Below are positions 48,997 through 57,753 of a DNA stretch of 64,000 nt, one piece after another. The translations under genes and the position numbers were made by a program. The notes beneath the pieces were generated by a model that was not told where the DNA came from, ran no database searches, and saw nothing but the letters and a program-made list of their open reading frames with translations. The stretch is from Candidatus Roizmanbacteria bacterium (GTDB taxonomy: Bacteria; Patescibacteriota; Microgenomatia; UBA1406). The stretch is from contig JANLHL010000016.1 of the NCBI GenBank assembly GCA_024654535.1, positions 32,626-96,625 on the forward strand, written 5' to 3'. The stretch's first letter is position 1; each line of letters opens with the position of its first letter.

Positions 48997-49462
48997 AAAA
49001 GGTCTTACATTAATAGAGCTTTTAATTGTAGTATCTATATTGTCTATTTTAATTGGGCTTTTACTACCTAATTTAAATGATGTGCGAAAGCAAGCAAGAG
49101 ATAAGAGAAGAAAGGCAGATATTGCAGCAATCCGTCAAGCATTGGAGTTGTATAAAATGGATCAAAACCCACCTGCATATCCAACAACAACTTCACCTAA
49201 CCCAGAAAAGATTTTAATTACTCCAGGTAACTCTTGGACAGTGAACTCAGTCACCTATATGAATAAATTTCCAACTGACCCATTGAATACATCGGCGCCT
49301 GATCCATACAGTTACTACTACACGTATGTAAATCAAAATAGTTACTATATAGGAGCTTGTCTTGAAAATCCTGCAGATTCCGACAGAAGGGTAGCTCCAT
49401 TAGGTGTTTCGTGGAGCAGTACAGAATGCACTGGTAATTGGTATTATTTAACGCAACCATAA
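48965..49462 (+). CDS. Pilin-like protein (GspG-like)
   Basis: KGLTLIELL, ARD.RRKAD, PTDP; start at 48965 or GTG 48977. Confidence 0.85.
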   Translation: MEYQVKTQHRKKGLTLIELLIVVSILSILIGLLLPNLNDVRKQARDKRRKADIAAIRQALELYKMDQNPPAYPTTTSPNPEKILITPGNSWTVNSVTYMNKFPTDPLNTSAPDPYSYYYTYVNQNSYYIGACLENPADSDRRVAPLGVSWSSTECTGNWYYLTQP

Positions 49463-49469
49463 AATAATC

Positions 49470-49868
49470 ATGCACTTTAAAACAGCACTCGTGAATAAAA
49501 AAGGATTTACATTACTCGAATTGCTTGTTGTAATGTCTGTTATAGGCATTCTCTTGGGGATAAGCACTATAAGTTACGCTACGGCTCAAGTGCGTGCGAG
49601 AGATGCTCGAAGAAAAGGTGATTTAAAGTATTTGCAAGATGCAGCAGAGCAGTATTTTAGCGTGTGTGGCTTTACCTATCCGTATACGACAGGTACTATT
49701 CCAACTGCTGTTTTTTGTACGGATCCTTCTGTAGCTGTCGCTCCAACTGTTCCAATGGACCCTAATGCGACAGGATATATATGTACAACCTGTTCAAGCT
49801 CTGCCTATAGGATTTGTGTTACACTGGAGCAAGGTGCATCAAGTTACTGTGTACAAAGTCAACAATGA
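49470..49868 (+). CDS. Pilin-like protein
   Basis: KKGFTLLELL, ARDARRKGD. Confidence 0.85.
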   Translation: MHFKTALVNKKGFTLLELLVVMSVIGILLGISTISYATAQVRARDARRKGDLKYLQDAAEQYFSVCGFTYPYTTGTIPTAVFCTDPSVAVAPTVPMDPNATGYICTTCSSSAYRICVTLEQGASSYCVQSQQ

Positions 49869-50299
49869 AAAAAGGTTTTACATTACTCGAATTATTGGTT
49901 GCGGTTGGTATAATTTCGCTGTTATTTGCACTCGGTGTTAATAGTTATTCTACCCTAACAAAACAATCTCGTGACGCAAAGCGTGTGTCAGATATACAGA
50001 ATATACGATCCGCATTGGAGCTTTATAGAACAAGAAATGATACTTATCCAACTGATTACAACAGTCTTTTAACAGGATATATTAATAGATGGCCTACTGA
50101 TCCTCTAAATTGGTCATATAGGTATATACCAATTACCAGTGCTGTTGTAGCGGGAAGTGTCGTTGATTATAAAATATGCGGAAAAAAAGAGCTCAATTCC
50201 ACTCCTGTGGTCACCGACTCCGAGTGTTATGTTAATTGTCTGCCTGCCGCAAGCCCAACGGCATACTGTTCCTATCAATTATCCCCACTTGGAGAGTGA
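49865..50299 (+). CDS. Pilin-like protein
   Basis: MKKGFTLLELL, SRDAKR, PTDP; ATGA overlap with the previous gene. Confidence 0.85.
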   Translation: MKKGFTLLELLVAVGIISLLFALGVNSYSTLTKQSRDAKRVSDIQNIRSALELYRTRNDTYPTDYNSLLTGYINRWPTDPLNWSYRYIPITSAVVAGSVVDYKICGKKELNSTPVVTDSECYVNCLPAASPTAYCSYQLSPLGE

Positions 50300-50793
50300 A
50301 AAAAGGATTTACGCTTATTGAGCTTATTATAGTTATAAGCATCATACTAATGAGTGGTTTTGGATTTGCAAACTATGTGGCTTATCAAGAGAGACTTCGA
50401 TTATCAACTGGTGCAGGGCACATTGTAGATCTGCTGCAACAAGCACGGTCGCAGGCAGTAAATGTAGAATTACCGGTCGGATGCGCGTACGATCAATACG
50501 TAGGATCAGGAATTGAAGTGAGTAGTGCAAACAGTATAAATATAATAATCCTATGCCCCCCGCTATCACAGACTATTAGAACTGAATCGTTAACCGCATT
50601 TCCTCATGTTTCTTTTGACACTTCTTCAGTCGGTACAGTCATTTACTTTGATAAATTTTATGGCAAAGCCCATATTACAGGTTCTTCTCTTTGTCTTAAG
50701 TCAAGCGCCTTCACATCAAATAATTATGCGGCTATTCATATCACAGATTCATGGGCTTTATCATTGAACGAAAATATTTCAGCATGTCCATAG
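50296..50793 (+). CDS. Minor pilin (FimT/GspH-like)
   Basis: GTG start, KKGFTLIELI, L..ARSQA. Confidence 0.8.
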   Translation: MKKGFTLIELIIVISIILMSGFGFANYVAYQERLRLSTGAGHIVDLLQQARSQAVNVELPVGCAYDQYVGSGIEVSSANSINIIILCPPLSQTIRTESLTAFPHVSFDTSSVGTVIYFDKFYGKAHITGSSLCLKSSAFTSNNYAAIHITDSWALSLNENISACP

Positions 50794-50798
50794 TAGAT

Positions 50799-51257
50799 AT
50801 GAAACACACAAATAAGGGTTTTACAATCATAGAAATAATAGTGTTTGTTGCTGTATTTTCATTTTCTATTGTATATATTTTGTCTGCGGTGATATATACC
50901 ACAAACAGTATGAAGCAATCACAGATGATGACTGTAGCGAATCATGAAAATGGCGAGCTTATTGAGTGGTTGCTTTATAGAAAAAATGTTTTGGCGTATA
51001 ACAATTTTGTATTAGAAATTTGGCCAGCAGGCGATACACAAAATGCGAAAACGTATTGTTTTAATGATGTGTTGGATGAGTCTGCAGTATGGCCTGGTAG
51101 CGAAGGTGCGTGCAGTGGATTTGACCTTAATAGTCTATTTAAAAGGGAAGCTGTATTTACTATGTCAGATACAATAGTTATAAATATCGTGTCTTCATGG
51201 CTAGTATCGTCGACTACGAGTTCTTCTAGTGCACAAATATATATTGCAGATTACTAA
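50799..51257 (+). CDS. Minor pilin (PilV/GspI-like)
   Basis: KGFTIIEII prepilin motif. Confidence 0.75.
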   Translation: MKHTNKGFTIIEIIVFVAVFSFSIVYILSAVIYTTNSMKQSQMMTVANHENGELIEWLLYRKNVLAYNNFVLEIWPAGDTQNAKTYCFNDVLDESAVWPGSEGACSGFDLNSLFKREAVFTMSDTIVINIVSSWLVSSTTSSSSAQIYIADY

Positions 51258-51261
51258 TGAA

Positions 51262-51810
51262 ATGAAAAAAGGTTTTACAATTATTGAGCTCGTTGTCTCA
51301 ATGGGCATTTTTGCAATGCTTGTGCCACTTTTATTCCTTGTGTTTTTTTCGACAATTACTCTATATACGCAAAATAGCGCGCTGCAAAAAGTAAAAAATC
51401 AGGGTGATTACATGCGTACTACTATAATTAACAAAATAAGAAATACCGCAACTGGGATTATCCCTGATTGTCAGTTAACAATATCTGAGATGGGAGGTTC
51501 GCCCTGTTTTCAATCAACCATTGATAAGATTTATTTTGGCTATAAGACAGATTCGAGTGGAAATATTTACTATTATGAGAATAATAACTATCCGACGGTT
51601 ACAAGCGCAACAAACATATCACTGTTACTAGATGCAGCAACTAACACTGATTTCCCATTACGGTCACGAAATGTTGGAAACTTAATAACGCATGTTACTC
51701 CCAATAATAGAACAGTAATATTGAGTTACATAATAGACTTTGTACCGAAGACAAAGATTTCTGTAGCTCAAAGTCTATCTTATACTTTTTACGTTACACT
51801 TCGACAATAA
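51262..51810 (+). CDS. Minor pilin (PilW/GspJ-like)
   Basis: MKKGFTIIELV prepilin motif. Confidence 0.75.
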   Translation: MKKGFTIIELVVSMGIFAMLVPLLFLVFFSTITLYTQNSALQKVKNQGDYMRTTIINKIRNTATGIIPDCQLTISEMGGSPCFQSTIDKIYFGYKTDSSGNIYYYENNNYPTVTSATNISLLLDAATNTDFPLRSRNVGNLITHVTPNNRTVILSYIIDFVPKTKISVAQSLSYTFYVTLRQ

Positions 51811-51835
51811 TTTAATTTTATGTATACTCTTTAGT

Positions 51836-52867
51836 ATGAGCAAAGTGTTGGGTGTTAGTATATACGAAAATAATATCGTATTTATGCGTTTGTCGAATGA
51901 TACCAAGCCGTATACGATCGATAAGATAGTGCACTTCGACAATAAAATACCTCATTTTTTTGAACAAATTACAAAAGCTAAATCGAAAGAAACTACTCAG
52001 GCCGTTAATATTATTCGTGACACTCTTAAAAAAGAAGGTATGAGTGAGCTCGAAGCTCACATCGTATTGCCAGATCATACGTCTTCAACTCAAATTTTGA
52101 GCCTTCCACTCATTACAGAGAAAGAGATTGTTTCGGCTATAGAATTACAGGCAGATGAATTTATTCCATATCCAATAGAGAAGGCAACATACGACTATCA
52201 GGTTTTATCTGTCGATAAAGAAAAGGGCAGTATGTCTGTATTGGTTGCAGTTATGCTTAAAGAGTTGGTGAATAGTATTGAAGGATTTATTCTAGACATT
52301 GGGCTGTATCCTCTGAGTGTTGAGCCAGTAACGACATCTTTTTATAGACTCTTATTTGGCAAGTATATGAAAGACAATGAAAACATAGTTTTGTTTTTAA
52401 ATATAGATAATCGATCTACTCAAGCTTCAATAATTAACCTTTCGCAACAACTCTTGCTTATGACCTATAGCTTTAGTATTGGTAATGATTTTTTTCTCAG
52501 AGGTATACAAAGTTACCAAAATATTAGTGAAAAAGATGCTTCTGATCATTTCATGAAAATTTCTGAAGATACAAGTATTCAGCCTATTTCCGCATCATTG
52601 TTTGCAGAATTTAACAAAGAAATACGAAAGATATTTTTAAGCTCTACGGAAAAAATAGGGACGACGCCTAAGCACATTATTCTCTACAGTCAGTATTTAA
52701 ATGCGTTTCAATGGCTTTTCACGAACGATAATGCTTCTATCCTACCAAAAACAACTCTCATAGATTTTGAAGACTTGAAAAAGTCTGGGGTAGTAAAGCT
52801 TGATTCTGCAATAAAATCAGAAGAAATGCTCTTATATTTTCCAGCTTTTACGACATGTCTGCAATAA
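51836..52867 (+). CDS. pilM: Pilus alignment protein PilM-like
   Basis: AIELQA.EFIPYP, YDYQVL; position after the pilins. Confidence 0.75.
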   Translation: MSKVLGVSIYENNIVFMRLSNDTKPYTIDKIVHFDNKIPHFFEQITKAKSKETTQAVNIIRDTLKKEGMSELEAHIVLPDHTSSTQILSLPLITEKEIVSAIELQADEFIPYPIEKATYDYQVLSVDKEKGSMSVLVAVMLKELVNSIEGFILDIGLYPLSVEPVTTSFYRLLFGKYMKDNENIVLFLNIDNRSTQASIINLSQQLLLMTYSFSIGNDFFLRGIQSYQNISEKDASDHFMKISEDTSIQPISASLFAEFNKEIRKIFLSSTEKIGTTPKHIILYSQYLNAFQWLFTNDNASILPKTTLIDFEDLKKSGVVKLDSAIKSEEMLLYFPAFTTCLQ

Positions 52868-53439
52868 CAATTAACCTCATTCATAATAGTGAACGATATA
52901 AGAAGGTTGCAAAGTATACCTATAGAACAAAAATTATTTCCTACTTTGTGCTGTTTGTATTACTTATTGCTAACTTCGCACTTTTTATTGGGAAAACGTC
53001 AATACTAAAGAAAGTTGAAGAATTGAATATTCAGTATCAAACTTTTTTAACAGCGAACAGCAAATTGACGACTTCTACTGCTAAAGTGGCATATTCATAT
53101 ACTAAATTACAAAAAATAAAAGAGGTCGTTGCAAACAGCCCGCAATATTACCAACAGTATGAGTATCTTTTAAGTACTGTACTTTCAGACGCTGATGTAC
53201 AAGTCGAAGATCTCTCATTTGATGGTAAAAATGGAAGCACTCTGCGTATTTCAAGCATAAGTGTTGATGAAATATTATTAGTTTTGGAACGTATAGAAAA
53301 CGAAGTTGGAAAAAAGACATTTTCTGAATTGTCACTATCCTCTTTCCAAATGATCGATAAAAAAGACGAGCTTCCAAAAATGTACACTGCCTCATTTACA
53401 TTTCATTTTACAAATATCTTCAATGAAAATACAAATTGA
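52855..53439 (+). CDS. PilN-like protein
   Basis: INL motif, TM segment and coiled coil; follows pilM. Confidence 0.6.
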   Translation: MSAITINLIHNSERYKKVAKYTYRTKIISYFVLFVLLIANFALFIGKTSILKKVEELNIQYQTFLTANSKLTTSTAKVAYSYTKLQKIKEVVANSPQYYQQYEYLLSTVLSDADVQVEDLSFDGKNGSTLRISSISVDEILLVLERIENEVGKKTFSELSLSSFQMIDKKDELPKMYTASFTFHFTNIFNENTN

Positions 53440-54115
53440 TACATTTATAGTAAAAACTCTTACTAAGAAATTGGGGCTATTCCTTGCTATAGTGATAATT
53501 GTAAGCACTATAAGTATAGCCTATGCAATCAGTTCCAGTACCGTGTTGTATCAAAGTTATATTTCACAAAAAGAGAAATCTCAACAGATTAGTGATTTAA
53601 AACAAAAAATACAAAGTTTAAGTCCAAATACCGTACAGACTCTACAAGATAGTAAGGATTTTGTTGAGACATTTCTGCCTGCTAAATTTGACTTGTTTTC
53701 TACAGTTGGCTTTATTGACGCTATTGGTAGGAGAAGTGGATTTAAGGTTGGAAGCCTCAATATATCAGAAGATAATTTGAATAAAGATACATTAAGTACT
53801 AAAAGCGTGACACTAACGGCAGATATGACTTTTGATGAGTTCTTTGATTTCTTAAAGCAGTATAAATATAGTTCGAGTAGGATACTCGATGTGGGCGCTA
53901 TTAGCGTAAAGGCGCTAAAGAATCAGAATATTAATTTAACAGCGACGATTTATACTTACGATCCTACCGTAGATCTAGAACATTTGCATATCAGCGATTT
54001 GGATGCATCAGATAGAAAGGCTTTGGAATCTATGAAAGAATATGCGTCTACTCAGAAACAATCCGAAGCATCAATATCTGATTCCTACACTAACAGAGAA
54101 GACCCTTTCCAATAA
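53423..54115 (+). CDS. PilO-like protein
   Basis: TM segment, coiled coil, LP, R.L.V; ends REDPF. Confidence 0.6.
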   Translation: MKIQIDTFIVKTLTKKLGLFLAIVIIVSTISIAYAISSSTVLYQSYISQKEKSQQISDLKQKIQSLSPNTVQTLQDSKDFVETFLPAKFDLFSTVGFIDAIGRRSGFKVGSLNISEDNLNKDTLSTKSVTLTADMTFDEFFDFLKQYKYSSSRILDVGAISVKALKNQNINLTATIYTYDPTVDLEHLHISDLDASDRKALESMKEYASTQKQSEASISDSYTNREDPFQ

Positions 54116-54116
54116 T

Positions 54117-54350
54117 TTATTTGTGGGCAAGAAGTTTGCGTGCACCTTCAGACAACTGGGCACCCTTTTGAATCCAGGATTTAATTTTAACACTGTCTAT
54201 GGTTACTGTATGTGGTTCCGTAAGAGGATCATAAAATCCAACTTGTTCAATATATCTACCGTCTCTTTTTTTTCGTTCATCAATTACAATGATGCGATAT
54301 TTTGGCGAGTGTTTTTTTCCAACTCTCATCAATCTAATTTTTACTGACAT
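54117..54350 (-). CDS. rpsP: 30S ribosomal protein S16
   Basis: VKIRL.R.G....YRI...RDGR.IE.VG.YDP. Confidence 0.96.
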   Translation of the reverse strand: MSVKIRLMRVGKKHSPKYRIIVIDERKKRDGRYIEQVGFYDPLTEPHTVTIDSVKIKSWIQKGAQLSEGARKLLAHK

Positions 54351-54370
54351 TTGTATATGTTATCATACTT

Positions 54371-55048
54371 TTAATTGTCTGCCAAGGCTTTTTTAGCAGC
54401 TTCTTGCTGCGCACTTTTTTTACTTTTTCCTTGTCCTTTTGAAATAAGCTTAGATCCAAGATACAGTCCTACGGTAAAATTCTTTTTTATTTCATCATAA
54501 GCAAGCAAATCATATCGTGGAGTTCTTTTATAATGTGCCTGGGCAAATTCCTGAAATGTTGTTTTAGGATCAACATATAGTTTATTTTTCATTATGCTAT
54601 CTAATTCGCTTGCCACGTGTAAAAGAAAAAAGTTTTTTGCGTATTCATATCCGCTATTTAGGTAGACGGCGGCTATGATTGCCTCTAGTACGTCTGCAAG
54701 AATTTTTTCGTTCTCATAACCTTCATTACTCATTTCTCCTTTGCTCAAATGAATATATTTGCCAATTCCTAATCTTCTCGATATTTTGGCGAGCGTTTCA
54801 GTTCGAACGAGTGCTGCTCTAATATCGGTAAGCAATCCCTCATCTATTTCTGTAAATGTCAAAAAAATGTATTCTGAAGCAAGTAAAGACAATACTGAAT
54901 CTCCCAGAAACTCAAGTCGTTGGTAAGACAAGTTAGTTTCAGGTGTTTCGTTTACAAATGACGGATGTGTGAGCGCCTGATTTAAAAGCCCCTCAGGGAC
55001 TTTATCTATGTGAAGTTTTACTTTAAGCTCTACGAGGTTGTTGTTCAT
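54371..55048 (-). CDS. rnc: Ribonuclease III
   Basis: ALTHPS, QRLEFLGD, dsRBD with SKK.AQQ.AA; start moved to 55048. Confidence 0.95.
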   Translation of the reverse strand: MNNNLVELKVKLHIDKVPEGLLNQALTHPSFVNETPETNLSYQRLEFLGDSVLSLLASEYIFLTFTEIDEGLLTDIRAALVRTETLAKISRRLGIGKYIHLSKGEMSNEGYENEKILADVLEAIIAAVYLNSGYEYAKNFFLLHVASELDSIMKNKLYVDPKTTFQEFAQAHYKRTPRYDLLAYDEIKKNFTVGLYLGSKLISKGQGKSKKSAQQEAAKKALADN

Positions 55049-55415
55049 TTTCTTGTGCTTTTGCAAGAATACCATTTATAAGTTTAGGTGACTTTTCACT
55101 TCCAAATTCTTTTGCCAATTCAACGCACTCATCAATACTTACTTTATAGGGAACACTTATTTTAGAAAAAAAAAGTTCATAAATACCTAGTTGTAGTAGG
55201 CTATAATCAATTTTTGACATTTTAGCATGGCTGAATGTCAAAGCGTATGAATCGATAATGGTATCAATTTTTTCAACGAAAGAATTAATGTCCTCAAGTA
55301 CTTTTTTTTGATCGGGTTTCAGACGTGGCATTCTCGTTCCTTCAAACTTACACGAATAGAGTGCTTCAAGAATTCTTTGCCTATTAATATGGCGAGGATC
55401 ACTAGATTTTTTCAT
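55023..55415 (-). CDS. nusB: Transcription antitermination factor NusB
   Basis: IDECVELAKEFG...INGIL. Confidence 0.9.
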   Translation of the reverse strand: MKKSSDPRHINRQRILEALYSCKFEGTRMPRLKPDQKKVLEDINSFVEKIDTIIDSYALTFSHAKMSKIDYSLLQLGIYELFFSKISVPYKVSIDECVELAKEFGSEKSPKLINGILAKAQENEQQPRRA

Positions 55416-55419
55416 GACG

Positions 55420-55569
55420 TTACTTCTTGCAATGCGGGCAACGATAGTGAGGTCTTTTCATTTTTTTACAGTTTGCACAAACAACCATACCAGGTATCGA
55501 TAGTTTTCGCTCAGCAAAACGTTTTCCTTTTCTTTGAGTAGATCCTTTTTTCTTAGGTAGTGCTGCCAT
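55420..55569 (-). CDS. rpmF: 50S ribosomal protein L32 (absent from the ORF track)
   Basis: Manual translation MAALPKKKGSTQRKGKRFAERKLSIPGMVVCANCKKMKRPHYRCPHCKK* with zinc ribbon. Confidence 0.92.
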   Translation of the reverse strand: MAALPKKKGSTQRKGKRFAERKLSIPGMVVCANCKKMKRPHYRCPHCKK

Positions 55570-55570
55570 A

Positions 55571-57619
55571 TTAGTTTAAATATTGTATATCCTCCGATTC
55601 GGTTTCGATTGGAGCTATAAGTGAATTATAGGTAAACGTTGGGTTGTTTGCAAGCACTTTCTCAACATCCGCTCTAATATCCTCCAGAAGTTGAATATTA
55701 AGTACATTTTTTGCATAGTGAAGTATGTATCCTTTCTGTTGAAGTCCAATCAAATTTCCTGGCCCTCTCAATTCTAAATCTTTTTGCGCAAGGTAAAAAC
55801 CATCTGAACTTTTTTCCATCAGTTTTATTCTATCCATCGAAGACACATCATTTTCGTCGGTAAATAAGAAACAATACCCTTTTTTTTCAGCTCTACCCAC
55901 TCTTCCACGCAACTGATGTAATTGGGCAAGACCAAACTGTTGTGCAGACTCAATCATCATAATTGTTGCATTAGGTATATCAATGCCGACCTCTATAACG
56001 GTAGTTGAAACCAAAATATCAATAGCATGTTCTTTAAATGCATGCAATATTCGTTCTTTGTGCTTTAGTCTCCCATGCAGATAGTCAACTATTAAATCCG
56101 GAAACCTTCTTTTAAGGCTTTCAAATACATTTTCTACTGACATGGTTGGATTATCGCTTTGTTCTATAAGTGGACAGACGACAAATACCTGCTCTTTATT
56201 GTTTCTTATCCTGTCATATATCCATACATATGCTTTCTCTTTATTTACTTGCTCGACAAACTTTGTTACTACGGATGCCTTTATTTTGGGCATCGTATGT
56301 ATATATGAGCAATCAACAGAACCGTACAGTGTTAGCGCAAGCGTTCTAGGAATAGGTGTTGCGGATAACGAAATCATATGTGGTATATATTTTGAGTCTT
56401 TAGTACGCTCGAGGAGTAATTCTCTTTGCTTGGTACCAAATTTATGTTGCTCATCGACAATAACGAGCGCAACATTTTTATAGTCAAGTTTTGTATGGAA
56501 GAAAGCGTGAGTAGCTATCAAAATCTGAGCAGATTGTTGTACACCCTCAGTTACGGCACTATTTATGCTTGTTTTTTGCTCGGCTGACGTCATGAGTCCA
56601 ATTTCTATGTTTTGTGCTGCAAAAATTTTTGTAAGAGTTTCAAAATGCTGTTTAGCTAGTACAGACGTCGGTACTAGGAATATTGTTTTGAAGCCCTGCT
56701 TAGCAGCAGCGTATGCGCTACAGGCAGCAACGACAGTTTTACCACAGCCTACATCGCCAATGACTAATCTATTCATAGGATTCGTTTTCATCATATCGGC
56801 TGATAGTTCATCTATAACGTAAGACTGGTCTTTTGTAAGAACAAATGGAAGTGTTTTTTCAAATATATCCCTATACTTTTCTATAGAAATAGTACGGGAT
56901 AAGCTATTTTTGCGTTTCTTACTTATGCGTACATTTGTGAGTAACAACTGAAAAAGTTCTTCATATACTAATCTATATCTACTTAAAGCGAGCGTTTGTT
57001 TTGAGTTTGGATGATGTAACGTTTTGATTGTTTCCAAAAGTGTAGGAAGGCGATTTTTTTTGACAATCAATTGAGGAAGTGTCTCTGTAAACATTGTCTT
57101 AGGCACAAGTTTCAGTGTTTTTTGAATAAGTGTTCGAATATACCGGACGCTCATTTTATCAATAGTGCTGTAGTATGGAACGAGTGTTGAAGTATGAATT
57201 GCATCTGAATCTTGAGCTTGAGCATACTCAGCAACCTTAAATACAAGAGAGCCACTAAATTTGTCCACAGTACCACTGAAATAGTAATCCGAACCCCTCA
57301 ATAAGGTGGAACAAATATATGGCTGATTAAAAAATAATGCCGTAATAGACTTTGTGTTGTCTTGAATGAGGACGCGCTGCATAGTTAGATTTCTTTTTTT
57401 TGTCCGCATGGAAATACATGATTGCACTATGCCGCGTATTGATACGTCATCTCCAGGTTGAAGAGATTGGATCGTACTTACTTGAGAAAAATCTTTATAT
57501 CGTATAGGAAAGAACATCAATAAGTTGCTAACAGTTTCGATGTTTTTTGTTGCTAATTTAATAGCTGTAGACGGACCTATCCCGGGCAATTCCAAGAGGT
57601 TTGACTGTAAATCAAGCAT
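55571..57619 (-). CDS. recG: ATP-dependent DNA helicase RecG
   Basis: GDVGCGKT, DEQHKFG, SATPIPRTL, QLHQLRGRVGR, DLELRGPG. Confidence 0.95.
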   Translation of the reverse strand: MLDLQSNLLELPGIGPSTAIKLATKNIETVSNLLMFFPIRYKDFSQVSTIQSLQPGDDVSIRGIVQSCISMRTKKRNLTMQRVLIQDNTKSITALFFNQPYICSTLLRGSDYYFSGTVDKFSGSLVFKVAEYAQAQDSDAIHTSTLVPYYSTIDKMSVRYIRTLIQKTLKLVPKTMFTETLPQLIVKKNRLPTLLETIKTLHHPNSKQTLALSRYRLVYEELFQLLLTNVRISKKRKNSLSRTISIEKYRDIFEKTLPFVLTKDQSYVIDELSADMMKTNPMNRLVIGDVGCGKTVVAACSAYAAAKQGFKTIFLVPTSVLAKQHFETLTKIFAAQNIEIGLMTSAEQKTSINSAVTEGVQQSAQILIATHAFFHTKLDYKNVALVIVDEQHKFGTKQRELLLERTKDSKYIPHMISLSATPIPRTLALTLYGSVDCSYIHTMPKIKASVVTKFVEQVNKEKAYVWIYDRIRNNKEQVFVVCPLIEQSDNPTMSVENVFESLKRRFPDLIVDYLHGRLKHKERILHAFKEHAIDILVSTTVIEVGIDIPNATIMMIESAQQFGLAQLHQLRGRVGRAEKKGYCFLFTDENDVSSMDRIKLMEKSSDGFYLAQKDLELRGPGNLIGLQQKGYILHYAKNVLNIQLLEDIRADVEKVLANNPTFTYNSLIAPIETESEDIQYLN

Positions 57620-57753
57620 TTTTTAATACAGAAAATAGGGGACAATTGATGAAAGAAGTAAGATCAAAAAAAGAATGATAATGACTATTTTTGACAATCT
57701 CTTACGTATAAATTTCATTCCAATAGTGTATTATATGAGTATGCTTTTAGCAA

